A stretch of DNA of 64,000 nt, taken from contig JBMNNS010000001.1 in the NCBI GenBank assembly GCA_050942625.1, forward strand, positions 8,891 to 72,890, in the 5' to 3' direction. Origin of the DNA: Dethiobacteria bacterium (GTDB taxonomy: Bacteria > Bacillota > Dethiobacteria > DTU022 > UBA8154). Every line of letters begins with the position of its first letter. Position 1 is the first letter of the stretch. Below, piece after piece: positions 10,341-18,541 of this stretch. The notes under the pieces are model-generated. The model saw only the letters and a program-made list of their open reading frames with translations. It made no database searches and was not told where the DNA came from. Made by a program: the position numbers and the translations under genes.

Positions 10341-11207
10341 TTAGCCTCCTAATAATTTTTTTAAGGCTTTTTGCCCTTCTTCCTGCAGGGTTCCTTTCCT
10401 AACGGCAAGCCCGGCAGTATAAATTCCCAGTTCTTTGTACAGCGGCAAAAAATCCGGGATTAGTTCCTTTAATTGTTTAAGATGAGCGCTAATAGTGGGA
10501 AGATCACCCCTGGCAATCGGGCCGGTTAAAGCTTTTTCAGTGCCAAGCTCCTTGATGTTTTTTAGTGTGGAATCAATAAGAGGGGATAGGGCTTCCATCG
10601 CCTGTCCAGCAGAAATCCCCATTGGCTCATACATCAAAAAAGCCATATCCATCAGTGAGGAAAGATAGTTACAGGCTACACATGCTGCCGCATGATAAAG
10701 GGCTTTCATTTCCGTGGGTATAGAAAGCATCTTTCCTTCCAGGGCTGTTACCAATTCCTCTGCAACAGGGTAGGCTTCCTTGTCTCCTTCTACAGCATAA
10801 TAGGTGCCCGGCAAGGAACGTATTCCCACTTCAAACCCTGGAAATGTTTGCAGGGGGTGAAAAGAGATTACTTGGGCACCTTCTTTACTTGCTGAAAGCA
10901 AAACACTGGAACTATGGGCTCCACTTGTATGCAAAACCAACTGTCCTTTTTTAAAAGCATCCCGAGCTGCCATTTGTTCACATACTTCCTCAATAAGACG
11001 ATCAGGGGTTGTAATAAACACTATTTCCGCATCTGCCGCAGCCTTTGCTGGATCATCAAAAACTGCACAGTCCAATAATCTGGCTGCTGTTTCCCTTGAA
11101 GCCTGAGTTTTAGCAGTAGCGGCCAGAATCCGGTAACCTTTTTCTTTCAAAGCATAACCCAGGACCTTTCCTACGTTTCCAGCACCAATGATTGATATTG
11201 TTTTCAT
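10341..11207 (-). CDS. Rossmann-fold NAD(P)-binding / DUF2520-type oxidoreductase, putative ketopantoate reductase (PanG-like)
   Basis: '[20 protein letters not shown]' is a GxGxxG dinucleotide fold. It is the first gene of the pan operon. The ORF-track start at 11261 is a GTG that runs through the upstream terminator hairpin, whereas the ATG at 11207 has the RBS AAGGTGG. Confidence 0.55.
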   Translation of the reverse strand: MKTISIIGAGNVGKVLGYALKEKGYRILAATAKTQASRETAARLLDCAVFDDPAKAAADAEIVFITTPDRLIEEVCEQMAARDAFKKGQLVLHTSGAHSSSVLLSASKEGAQVISFHPLQTFPGFEVGIRSLPGTYYAVEGDKEAYPVAEELVTALEGKMLSIPTEMKALYHAAACVACNYLSSLMDMAFLMYEPMGISAGQAMEALSPLIDSTLKNIKELGTEKALTGPIARGDLPTISAHLKQLKELIPDFLPLYKELGIYTAGLAVRKGTLQEEGQKALKKLLGG

Positions 11208-11221
11208 GACCACCTTACCCC

Positions 11222-11259
11222 GTATAAAATAATAAAGCCTTTCTGCCGAGCAGAAAGGC
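11222..11259 (-). terminator. Intrinsic terminator or attenuator hairpin immediately upstream of the pan-operon RBS
   Basis: Stem gcctttctg, loop ccgag, stem cagaaaggc (9 bp plus a 5-nt loop). On the minus strand it is followed by UUUAUUAUUUUAUAC. Confidence 0.55.
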
Positions 11260-11384
11260 ACAGTATGACCCTTTTCATGTACCCCTGTCCCGGTCCTGTA
11301 TCTGGCTCCAGGCAGAAAAAAAGGTTTATTGATTTGTTTTTTAAAAATTACGCTGGTGCAGGTTCCGGTTCCCGCCCAAAAAAT

Positions 11385-11413
11385 ATTTTACCATTTTTTA
11401 AAACAAGATGCAA
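11385..11413 (-). promoter_or_regulatory. Candidate sigma-A promoter driving the pan leader
   Basis: The minus strand reads TTGCAT, then a 17-nt spacer, then tgGTAAAAT. It is about 170 nt upstream of the panG-like ATG, so the terminator hairpin lies inside the predicted 5' leader. Confidence 0.4.
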
Positions 11414-11439
11414 GAACAAAATTGCTTATATTTAAGTTT

Positions 11440-12438
11440 TTACGGCCACTTATCCTTTAATATCTCCAATAATAGGGTAATACCGTTTTCTATGTCCTTC
11501 AGGTCGACTATTTCTGCCGGTGTATGTACATAGCGGCAGGGAATGGATAACACCCCGGCTGGAACACCCTCCCTGGAAAGATGAATTGCGCCGGCATCAG
11601 TGCCGCCCCTTTCTAGTATTTCCAATTGATAAGGAATTTTATTTTTCTCTGCAATTTCTATCATCCGGCCTGTCACCTCAGGATGACAAATGATAGATGA
11701 ATCTTTAATTTTTATGGCAGGACCTTTGCCCAGAGAAACCTCCATTTTGAATTCAGGTTTTGGTGTGTCGCCTACCCTGGTTACATCTACCGCTATCCCA
11801 TAGTCCGGTTTGAGGCGATATGCAATAGGGCCGGCCCCTCTGAGTCCAACCTCCTCCTGCACAGTAAAGACAAAATAAAGATTGTTTGGCAATGAATCCG
11901 GGACTTTTTTCAAGGTCTCCAACAAAACTGCGCAACCGACGCGGTTATCCAATGATTTGGCAACAATTCTGTCCCCATTTTGGTGAAAGGAGGCAAAAAA
12001 AGCAGCTGTATCACCTATTCTAACCATTTTCAGGGCTTCATCCCTATCTTTAGCCCCTATATCAATATATAATTTGTTTAGGGCCAGGTCTTTTCGTTGT
12101 TTAAGCTTTTCCTGCCCAATAACCCCGACTGTCCCATTACTAAAAATTACTTTAGAGCCAACCAGAGTGTTTAGCAGAAGGCCACCGATGTTGGTAAAAC
12201 GTAAAAACCCTTTTTCATCAATAAAGGTAACCATAAAACCGATTTCATCCATATGGGCTGCCAACAAAATGTCCTTTTTTGCAGCAGGGCTTTTTTTGAT
12301 TGCAACTAAATTTCCAAGGGGATCAATAAAGATTTCATCACAATACTTTTTTGCCTCTTCTTCAATCAATAAGCGTATTTTTTGCTCAGAACCTGCAGGC
12401 CCAAAGGTTGCGGTTAGCTTTTGAATTAAATCCCTCAT
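11440..12438 (-). CDS. M42 family metallo-aminopeptidase (TET/FrvX-like), paralogue 3
   Basis: It is 332 aa. 'AHMDEIGFMVT', 'LDNRVGC' and 'VQEEVGLRGA' are M42 metal-ligand motifs. Confidence 0.88.
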   Translation of the reverse strand: MRDLIQKLTATFGPAGSEQKIRLLIEEEAKKYCDEIFIDPLGNLVAIKKSPAAKKDILLAAHMDEIGFMVTFIDEKGFLRFTNIGGLLLNTLVGSKVIFSNGTVGVIGQEKLKQRKDLALNKLYIDIGAKDRDEALKMVRIGDTAAFFASFHQNGDRIVAKSLDNRVGCAVLLETLKKVPDSLPNNLYFVFTVQEEVGLRGAGPIAYRLKPDYGIAVDVTRVGDTPKPEFKMEVSLGKGPAIKIKDSSIICHPEVTGRMIEIAEKNKIPYQLEILERGGTDAGAIHLSREGVPAGVLSIPCRYVHTPAEIVDLKDIENGITLLLEILKDKWP

Positions 12439-12439
12439 T

Positions 12440-13459
12440 TTACAACCCCCTTATGTTAACTGATCTAATAAAGGAATCTACTATTTCCACAAGGTGTCTC
12501 CAATCATCAAGGCATAACTGAGAAACCGGTGTATGAATATAGCGGCAGGGCGTAGAAATCACACCGGAGATAACACCACCACGGGAAACTGAAACGGCTC
12601 CAGCATCAGTAAAGCTGCCGGTATAACGGCGAAATTGATAGGGCCTTTTTTCTTGCTCGGCTATTTCGATCAAACGCTCAAGAAGCTTAGGGTGCGTAAT
12701 AACTGAATTATCCATTAAGGTAAAAGCGGGACCAGAGCCCAGGGACGTAGAATGATCTTGTTCCTTAGCACCCGGCACATCAACCGCCAGCGTTGTTTCA
12801 ATGATGAGGGCAATCTCAGGTTTTACATGGTAAGCGGCTACTTTTGCCCCCCTAATTCCAACCTCCTCCTGGACTGTAAAGACTGCGGTAAAGTTAAAGG
12901 GGTAATCCCTTTTTAGGATCTGCAACAGAGCTGCACACCCTGCCCTGTTGTCCAGCGCTTTGCCCCTGAAATAATGGTCAGTGCTTTCTGCTGTGGTATC
13001 AAAAGTAACGTAATCACCTATTTTGACATGCTTTTCGGCCTCTTCCTTATTTTTTACACCAATATCAATATATAATTGCTCAACTTCCAGTGTTTTTTGG
13101 CGTTCTTCTTTTTTTTGCAGGTGAATGGCTTTAGCACCAATCACACCACTAATACCGCGGGAACCAATTTTAACGGGCTTGGAAACAAGAAAATCCTTGT
13201 TAACCCCACCTACTAAATAAAAACGCAGGTGGCCGTTTTTTTCTATGGAGGAAATCATTAAACCAACCTCATCCATATGGGCAGAAAGCATAAGGCTTTG
13301 TTCCCCAGCAGTTCCCCCTTCTTTGAAGGCATACAGATTACCCATGGTGTCCACATAATTTTTTATACCCCAGGCCTCCAATTTTTCTCTAATAAAATTT
13401 CTAACCCTTCTTTCATCACCGGAAACACCACTTATTTGGGAAAGTTCTTTTAGATACAT
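12440..13459 (-). CDS. M42 family metallo-aminopeptidase, paralogue 2
   Basis: It is 339 aa. 'AHMDEVGLMIS', 'LDNRAGC' and 'VQEEVGIRGA' are present. Confidence 0.88.
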   Translation of the reverse strand: MYLKELSQISGVSGDERRVRNFIREKLEAWGIKNYVDTMGNLYAFKEGGTAGEQSLMLSAHMDEVGLMISSIEKNGHLRFYLVGGVNKDFLVSKPVKIGSRGISGVIGAKAIHLQKKEERQKTLEVEQLYIDIGVKNKEEAEKHVKIGDYVTFDTTAESTDHYFRGKALDNRAGCAALLQILKRDYPFNFTAVFTVQEEVGIRGAKVAAYHVKPEIALIIETTLAVDVPGAKEQDHSTSLGSGPAFTLMDNSVITHPKLLERLIEIAEQEKRPYQFRRYTGSFTDAGAVSVSRGGVISGVISTPCRYIHTPVSQLCLDDWRHLVEIVDSFIRSVNIRGL

Positions 13460-14502
13460 CTTAATCCCTCCACAAATTCCTCATCTATCCCTGCTACAAA
13501 ATAAGCAAGCAACCTGCCGGCAACCCTGATATCCTCCAGGTCAACCAGCTCAACGGAAGTATGCATGTAGCGTAATGGTATAGAAAGAAGCCCGGTTGGT
13601 ACACCTTCCAGGCTTACCTGGATAGCCCTGGCATCAGTTCCGGTAGGGCCTGGGGAAATATCCTTCTGGCAAGGAAGATGATATTCATGGGCGATTTGCT
13701 GTAGTTTTTCAGCAACATGGGGATGTATGTTTGGTCCATAGGTGACAACCGGTCCTTTACCCAGCTCAGAAACTTCATGTTCCGCTGCCCCCGGAAAATT
13801 GCCATGGCAAACATCGATAGCAATACCGATATCAGGGGCAATACCATATGTCGAAGTTATGGCACCCCTTACGCCCACTTCTTCCTGGACAGTCGCCACC
13901 ATATAAACATCAGCTTCGTGGTTAATACGGGTTAGCTCTTGCAGGCATTGCCATAAAACCGCCACCCCGGCACGATCATCGAGTGCTTTACCGGCCCGGC
14001 ATTTATTCTGGAGGGTAAGAAATTTTCTTTTAATAGCCACAACATTTCCAGGTTTGATAAGCTCACGAACTACTTCCGCCGGAAGGCCGGTGTCAATAAA
14101 CAAATCTTCCATTTTGACACCCTTACCTTTTTCCGAGGCTTTTTTTAGGTGAGGTGCCTTAAAACCAATTATACCAGTCACAGGCTTTTGACCATATACA
14201 GTCACTTCCTGACCTGTTAGGGTACGCTGATCAAAACCCCCAATAGCTGTAAAGCGCAGGAAACCTTCGTCTTCCAACCTGGTAACCATTAGCCCAATTT
14301 CATCCATATGGGCACATAAAATGATCCTTGGCCTCCCTTTTCCCTTTCCTTTTTTATATAGAATAAGGTTTCCCAGACTATCTTTTCTGATACTATCCAA
14401 TTGGGGAGCAAAAATATTTTTAATATAGTTACTTACGTCTTTTTCAAAACCTGAAACACCATCTATTTCTGTTATTTTTTGTAACAGATCATGCAAATCC
14501 AA
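13450..14502 (-). CDS. M42 family metallo-aminopeptidase, paralogue 1
   Basis: It is 350 aa. 'AHMDEIGLMVT', 'LDDRAGV' and 'VQEEVGVRGA' are present. Confidence 0.88.
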   Translation of the reverse strand: MDLHDLLQKITEIDGVSGFEKDVSNYIKNIFAPQLDSIRKDSLGNLILYKKGKGKGRPRIILCAHMDEIGLMVTRLEDEGFLRFTAIGGFDQRTLTGQEVTVYGQKPVTGIIGFKAPHLKKASEKGKGVKMEDLFIDTGLPAEVVRELIKPGNVVAIKRKFLTLQNKCRAGKALDDRAGVAVLWQCLQELTRINHEADVYMVATVQEEVGVRGAITSTYGIAPDIGIAIDVCHGNFPGAAEHEVSELGKGPVVTYGPNIHPHVAEKLQQIAHEYHLPCQKDISPGPTGTDARAIQVSLEGVPTGLLSIPLRYMHTSVELVDLEDIRVAGRLLAYFVAGIDEEFVEGLRCI

Positions 14503-14546
14503 TAAAAACTAACCTCCTTCCACAATTGCCCTTTTTTATACTAATA

Positions 14547-15653
14547 CTAAGTTTGTTTGTTTTGCTCTGGGAAGTTATTATAAAGTATTTCTTGTAGTTC
14601 CCTGGTAACTGCATAAACTTTTTCGGCCTGGGGGATGGTTAGGGTCCCTGTGCCGCAACTGGGTGTAATTAAATACTGTTTTGTTAAAAGCCCGGGATCA
14701 ACCCCCTTCTGTGCCAGGCGCTGCACCAAGGCATAAAACCTTTCCTTTAAAGATTGGGCATTTTCCTTTTCAATAGCTTCCGAGGTTGGAACGATGCCCC
14801 AGGCCAGACAGCCGCCCCGGCGCAAAAAGGAGTTCAATTCTTCAGCATAGACTAGCATGGAATCAAAATAGTTATAAGCATCAAAATTAATAATATCAAA
14901 GGGCAACTCCAGTAAAAGGGACCAGTCCACCCCAGAACAACAATGTACGCCTGCATAAGCATCTTCAGCTTTGATTGCAAAAAGGACATCTTCAATACTG
15001 GCAGATATGTCATCCCTTGAGAGGGAAATAAAGGAAGATTGGCCATAGCAGTATATTGCTGGATCGTCAATAAAGATTACTACAGGTAAGGAATGTTTTT
15101 TTAATTCCCGTATCTGGGCCCTTGATATTAAAGCTAAAAGCTTATTAATGATATCCCGCAGTTCTTCTTCATAAAAAGCAACAGTACCGTCTTCTGTACT
15201 AATCTGTAAACCAATGGTAAGTGGCCCACCAACATGGCCTTTTAGAAAGGCAGGCCTTTTCCCAGGTTTATCCCATTTTTCTTTTAAAAAAGCGTAAAAA
15301 CCTGCTGCCGCATCGGCAGGAAAAGAAAAAAAAGAAAGTACTTCTTCCTTTCCCTTGCCCTCTTCTAAAGAATCCAAATAAAATTGATAAAACTGTTCAA
15401 GCTTACCTAACCAGCCCTTCTCTTTGTTAAGGAAAAAAGGTGTATCATCTTTTTCTATTTCAAGCATTTTTAATTTTACCAGCGGGGTCAAATTTTGCCT
15501 GACAAAACTTTCTTTTCTTCCACGTTTTGGGAGTTGGGGCCAGTGTGGTCCATGGGGCAAATATTCTTTTATAAGATCTATAGCTTGATCAGCTTCCTGA
15601 TGGGGTGTACTTCCAACGCCTGTTGCTAAACCATAAAGAAATCCATTCTGCAA
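14547..15653 (-). CDS. MetE C-terminal-domain-like (Meth_synt_2 / URO-D-like fold) zinc methyltransferase-family protein; substrate unknown
   Basis: It is 368 aa. 'VVIFIDDPA' resembles the MetE 'IQIDEPA' motif, 'GVHCCSG' resembles the 'HMCY' Zn-ligand His-x-Cys, and 'ITPSCGTG' resembles 'PDCGL'. There is no N-terminal MetE domain. Confidence 0.4.
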   Translation of the reverse strand: MQNGFLYGLATGVGSTPHQEADQAIDLIKEYLPHGPHWPQLPKRGRKESFVRQNLTPLVKLKMLEIEKDDTPFFLNKEKGWLGKLEQFYQFYLDSLEEGKGKEEVLSFFSFPADAAAGFYAFLKEKWDKPGKRPAFLKGHVGGPLTIGLQISTEDGTVAFYEEELRDIINKLLALISRAQIRELKKHSLPVVIFIDDPAIYCYGQSSFISLSRDDISASIEDVLFAIKAEDAYAGVHCCSGVDWSLLLELPFDIINFDAYNYFDSMLVYAEELNSFLRRGGCLAWGIVPTSEAIEKENAQSLKERFYALVQRLAQKGVDPGLLTKQYLITPSCGTGTLTIPQAEKVYAVTRELQEILYNNFPEQNKQT

Positions 15654-15693
15654 ATGATCCCCTCCAAATACATAATTTAAGGTTCCATGTAAA

Positions 15694-17334
15694 TTAACAG
15701 CCGTTAACCATCCGTTCTTCTTCCCAGGTCATTTCTTTAAATGCCTTTTTAAAGTCATCAATTTTGGGGCTCTGGTTACAAAGCAAACCATATTCTACAC
15801 TATCAACAAGGGCAATCCAACTGGCTTCAATAATATTTTCAGAAACCCCTACAGTCCCCCACTGTTTATTGTCGTCCTTGGAGAAAATAAGGACTCTAAC
15901 TTTGGAGGCCGTGCCTTCTTTACCGTCAAAAACCCGGACTTTATAATCCACTAATTTAATTTTCTTCAGTTCCGGATATATTTCCTCCAAAGCTTTGCGC
16001 AAGGCACTGTCCATAGCATGCACAGGGCCGTTCCCTTCGGCAGCAGTATGAACAATCCTATCCCCAACCCTTAATTTAATAGTAGCTTCCACATAGAAAT
16101 CGTCTTCACGCCACTGTTTATCAACGATGACACGGAAACCCTCCAACTTAAAAAAAGGCTGGTAGGCTTTCATCGTTTTCCAGATCAGCAGTTCAAAGGA
16201 TCCTTCTGCACCTTCAAACTGGTAACCCTCATGTTCCATTTTTTTGAGGGTATCAAGTATTTCTTTGGCTTCAGGATATGTGTTAATCAATTGAATTTTA
16301 TTTTCACGAACTTTTAAAAGGATGTTACTTTTACCGGAAAGCTCGGAAACCAAAATGCGCCTTTTATTGCCTATTTCCTCTGGAACAGCATGTTCGTAGG
16401 TACAGGCATGTTTGGAAACGGCATCAACATGGAGCCCACCCTTATGCGTAAAGGCATTTCTGCCCACATACGGCTGGTTATCCTGGGGTGTCATGTTTGC
16501 CAGTTCGGCTACTACTTTAGAAATGTTGGTTAGTTCTTTTAATTGCTGGGAACTAAATTTATTAATCCCTAATTTAAATTGTATATTGGGTATGATTGTG
16601 CATAGATCGGCGTTCCCACATCGCTCACCGTAGCCATTCACTGTCCCCTGCAAATGGGTTGCCCCGCTTTGCAAAGCAATAATGGTATTTGCCACAGCCA
16701 TCCCACTGTCATTATGGGCATGAATCCCTAGAGGAACGGCAATTTCCTTTCTGATTTCCTCAATAATCTCCTGGATTTCCAGGGGCATGGTCCCACCATT
16801 TGTATCGCATAAAACAATGGTGTCAGCTCCACCTTTGGCTGCTGCCTTGATGGTTTCCAGGGCATAATGGGGATTGCTTTTATATCCGTCAAAAAAATGT
16901 TCTGCATCATAAAATACTTCCCGGTTTTTGTTTTTCAAGAAAGATACTGACTCCTCTATCATAGCAAGGTTCTCTTTGAGGGTCGTATCCAGGGCATTAA
17001 AAACATGGAAGTCCCAACTTTTCCCCACAATTGTAACGACAGGGGTATTCGCTTCTAGCAAAGCTTTAAGATTATTATCAAGTTCAACTTTTTGGTGGGC
17101 ACGCCTTGTGCTGCCAAAAGCGGCAAGTTTGGCATTTTTTAAGGTTAGTTCCTGCACCTTCTGGAAAAAATCCAGATCTTTTGGGTTAGATCCCGGCCAT
17201 CCTCCCTCAATATAATCAACACCAAGATTATCTAGAAGTTTTACTATTTGAAGTTTATCACCCACAGAAAAAGAAATACCTTCTCTCTGGGCTCCATCCC
17301 GTAATGTTGTATCATAGATTATTACCTTATTCAT
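15694..17334 (-). CDS. cimA: (R)-citramalate synthase (LeuA/CimA family)
   Basis: '[54 protein letters not shown]' is the CimA-type N-terminus. The length (about 546 aa) suits the C-terminal LeuA-dimer regulatory domain. The ORF-track TTG start at 17346 is replaced here by the ATG at 17334. Confidence 0.8.
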   Translation of the reverse strand: MNKVIIYDTTLRDGAQREGISFSVGDKLQIVKLLDNLGVDYIEGGWPGSNPKDLDFFQKVQELTLKNAKLAAFGSTRRAHQKVELDNNLKALLEANTPVVTIVGKSWDFHVFNALDTTLKENLAMIEESVSFLKNKNREVFYDAEHFFDGYKSNPHYALETIKAAAKGGADTIVLCDTNGGTMPLEIQEIIEEIRKEIAVPLGIHAHNDSGMAVANTIIALQSGATHLQGTVNGYGERCGNADLCTIIPNIQFKLGINKFSSQQLKELTNISKVVAELANMTPQDNQPYVGRNAFTHKGGLHVDAVSKHACTYEHAVPEEIGNKRRILVSELSGKSNILLKVRENKIQLINTYPEAKEILDTLKKMEHEGYQFEGAEGSFELLIWKTMKAYQPFFKLEGFRVIVDKQWREDDFYVEATIKLRVGDRIVHTAAEGNGPVHAMDSALRKALEEIYPELKKIKLVDYKVRVFDGKEGTASKVRVLIFSKDDNKQWGTVGVSENIIEASWIALVDSVEYGLLCNQSPKIDDFKKAFKEMTWEEERMVNGC

Positions 17335-17520
17335 AACATCCTCCAAAAAACCCCTCCTTAATTTAGCGCTATTATACTATAATGCTAAAAAAGTGTCTAC
17401 TACACACAGTTTATACTCCCACAATTGCCAAATACTAATTATAAATGGTTTTTTTATTGTATGAATAGTTCCCCGGCAAAAGGATAACCTAAACAGGAAA
17501 ACACGGAAAGGAGGGGTAAA

Positions 17521-17751
17521 ATGCAAACGACGACCAAGATCAAAAATATTGGCAAAGCCGAATTTATGTCTCTTTTTCACCAGTATCAAAGTGAATCCCT
17601 ATGTTCCAAGAAACTATCCAACTATATGAATCAGGTTGAGGACACCACCTTGAAAAATATGCTCAGCCAAATGAGCATCCAGTGTCAGGAAAGGGCTGAA
17701 AATCTTTCATCACTACTACAAGAAGCCGGTGGTGGCCATTTACTAACTTAG
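17521..17751 (+). CDS. Small CotF-like / ferritin-like spore coat-associated protein
   Basis: It is 76 aa. It has a helical low-complexity pattern resembling the Coat_F family and the neighbouring gene. AGGAGGGG lies 5 nt upstream. Confidence 0.4.
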   Translation: MQTTTKIKNIGKAEFMSLFHQYQSESLCSKKLSNYMNQVEDTTLKNMLSQMSIQCQERAENLSSLLQEAGGGHLLT

Positions 17752-17773
17752 TACTAAGGAAGGAGGGCTATTA

Positions 17774-18010
17774 ATGCCACAAATGCAACAATTCTCTGAT
17801 AAGGATATTGCAAGCGACATTTTGTCGGGTTCAAAATTATTATCACAAGGGTATATGACGGCAATCCTTGAATCCCAGGATCAAAACCTGCGCCAAACTT
17901 TCCAAAATTATCATGATCAGTGTATAAACGAACACCATCAAATATTTCAAATGATGCAAAAAAACGGGTGGTATAAAGTTCCTATGATCCTTGATGAAAG
18001 CAGACCATAG
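17774..18010 (+). CDS. Spore coat protein F (Coat_F domain) family protein
   Basis: 'FSDKDIASDILSGSKLLSQGYMTAILESQDQNLRQTFQNYHDQCINEHHQIFQMMQKNGWYKVP' matches the Coat_F consensus (L.DKDIA.D.L...K......Y..A..E..N..LR). The RBS is AAGGAGGG. Confidence 0.65.
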   Translation: MPQMQQFSDKDIASDILSGSKLLSQGYMTAILESQDQNLRQTFQNYHDQCINEHHQIFQMMQKNGWYKVPMILDESRP

Positions 18011-18030
18011 TATTTTCTAGGAGTGAATAG

Positions 18031-18453
18031 GTGATGAGTCTTATCGAATGGAATCCCTTTAGGGAAATGGAAAAAGAAATGAGCAATTATTTAGAACGTT
18101 CTCCCTTTAGGTTCTTCGGTGGTTTTGGTACACCAAGAGTTGATATTTACCAAACCGAAAAGGATATTACAGTTAAGGCTGAAATACCGGGGGTTTCAAA
18201 GGAAGACCTCAATATTTTTATAGATGAAAATTCTATCCGGTTGTCGGGAAAAACCAAAAAGGACGAAGTGTTTAAGGACGAAAATGTCTACAAAAGAGAA
18301 AGATATTTTGGTAGTTTTTCCAGAACAATACCTCTTCCTGCAGAGGTAAATTCGGAACAGGCAACAGCAGAATATCATGACGGTATACTATCCATTACCG
18401 CTCCCAAAATTGAGCCTTCCAGAACCAGGGGCAGAAGGATTGATATCCATTAA
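18031..18453 (+). CDS. Hsp20/alpha-crystallin family small heat-shock protein (CotM/CotP-like)
   Basis: It is 140 aa. 'VDIYQTEKDITVKAEIPGVSKEDL...ERYFGSFSRTIPLP...DGILSITAPK' forms an alpha-crystallin domain. Confidence 0.85.
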   Translation: MMSLIEWNPFREMEKEMSNYLERSPFRFFGGFGTPRVDIYQTEKDITVKAEIPGVSKEDLNIFIDENSIRLSGKTKKDEVFKDENVYKRERYFGSFSRTIPLPAEVNSEQATAEYHDGILSITAPKIEPSRTRGRRIDIH

Positions 18454-18456
18454 GAA

Positions 18457-18480
18457 AACCAGGCTTTTGCCTGGTTTTCT
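18457..18480. terminator. Bidirectional intrinsic terminator between hsp20 (+) and comM (-)
   Basis: The sequence is aaaaccaggc-tttt-gcctggtttt. The 8-bp GC-rich stem is flanked by an A-run and a T-run, so it works on both strands. Confidence 0.7.
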
Positions 18481-18541
18481 TAATGGGGTCCAGCTACATA
18501 AATACTGAAAAGAAAGTCTTTCATGCTTGTTTTTCTGTAAA

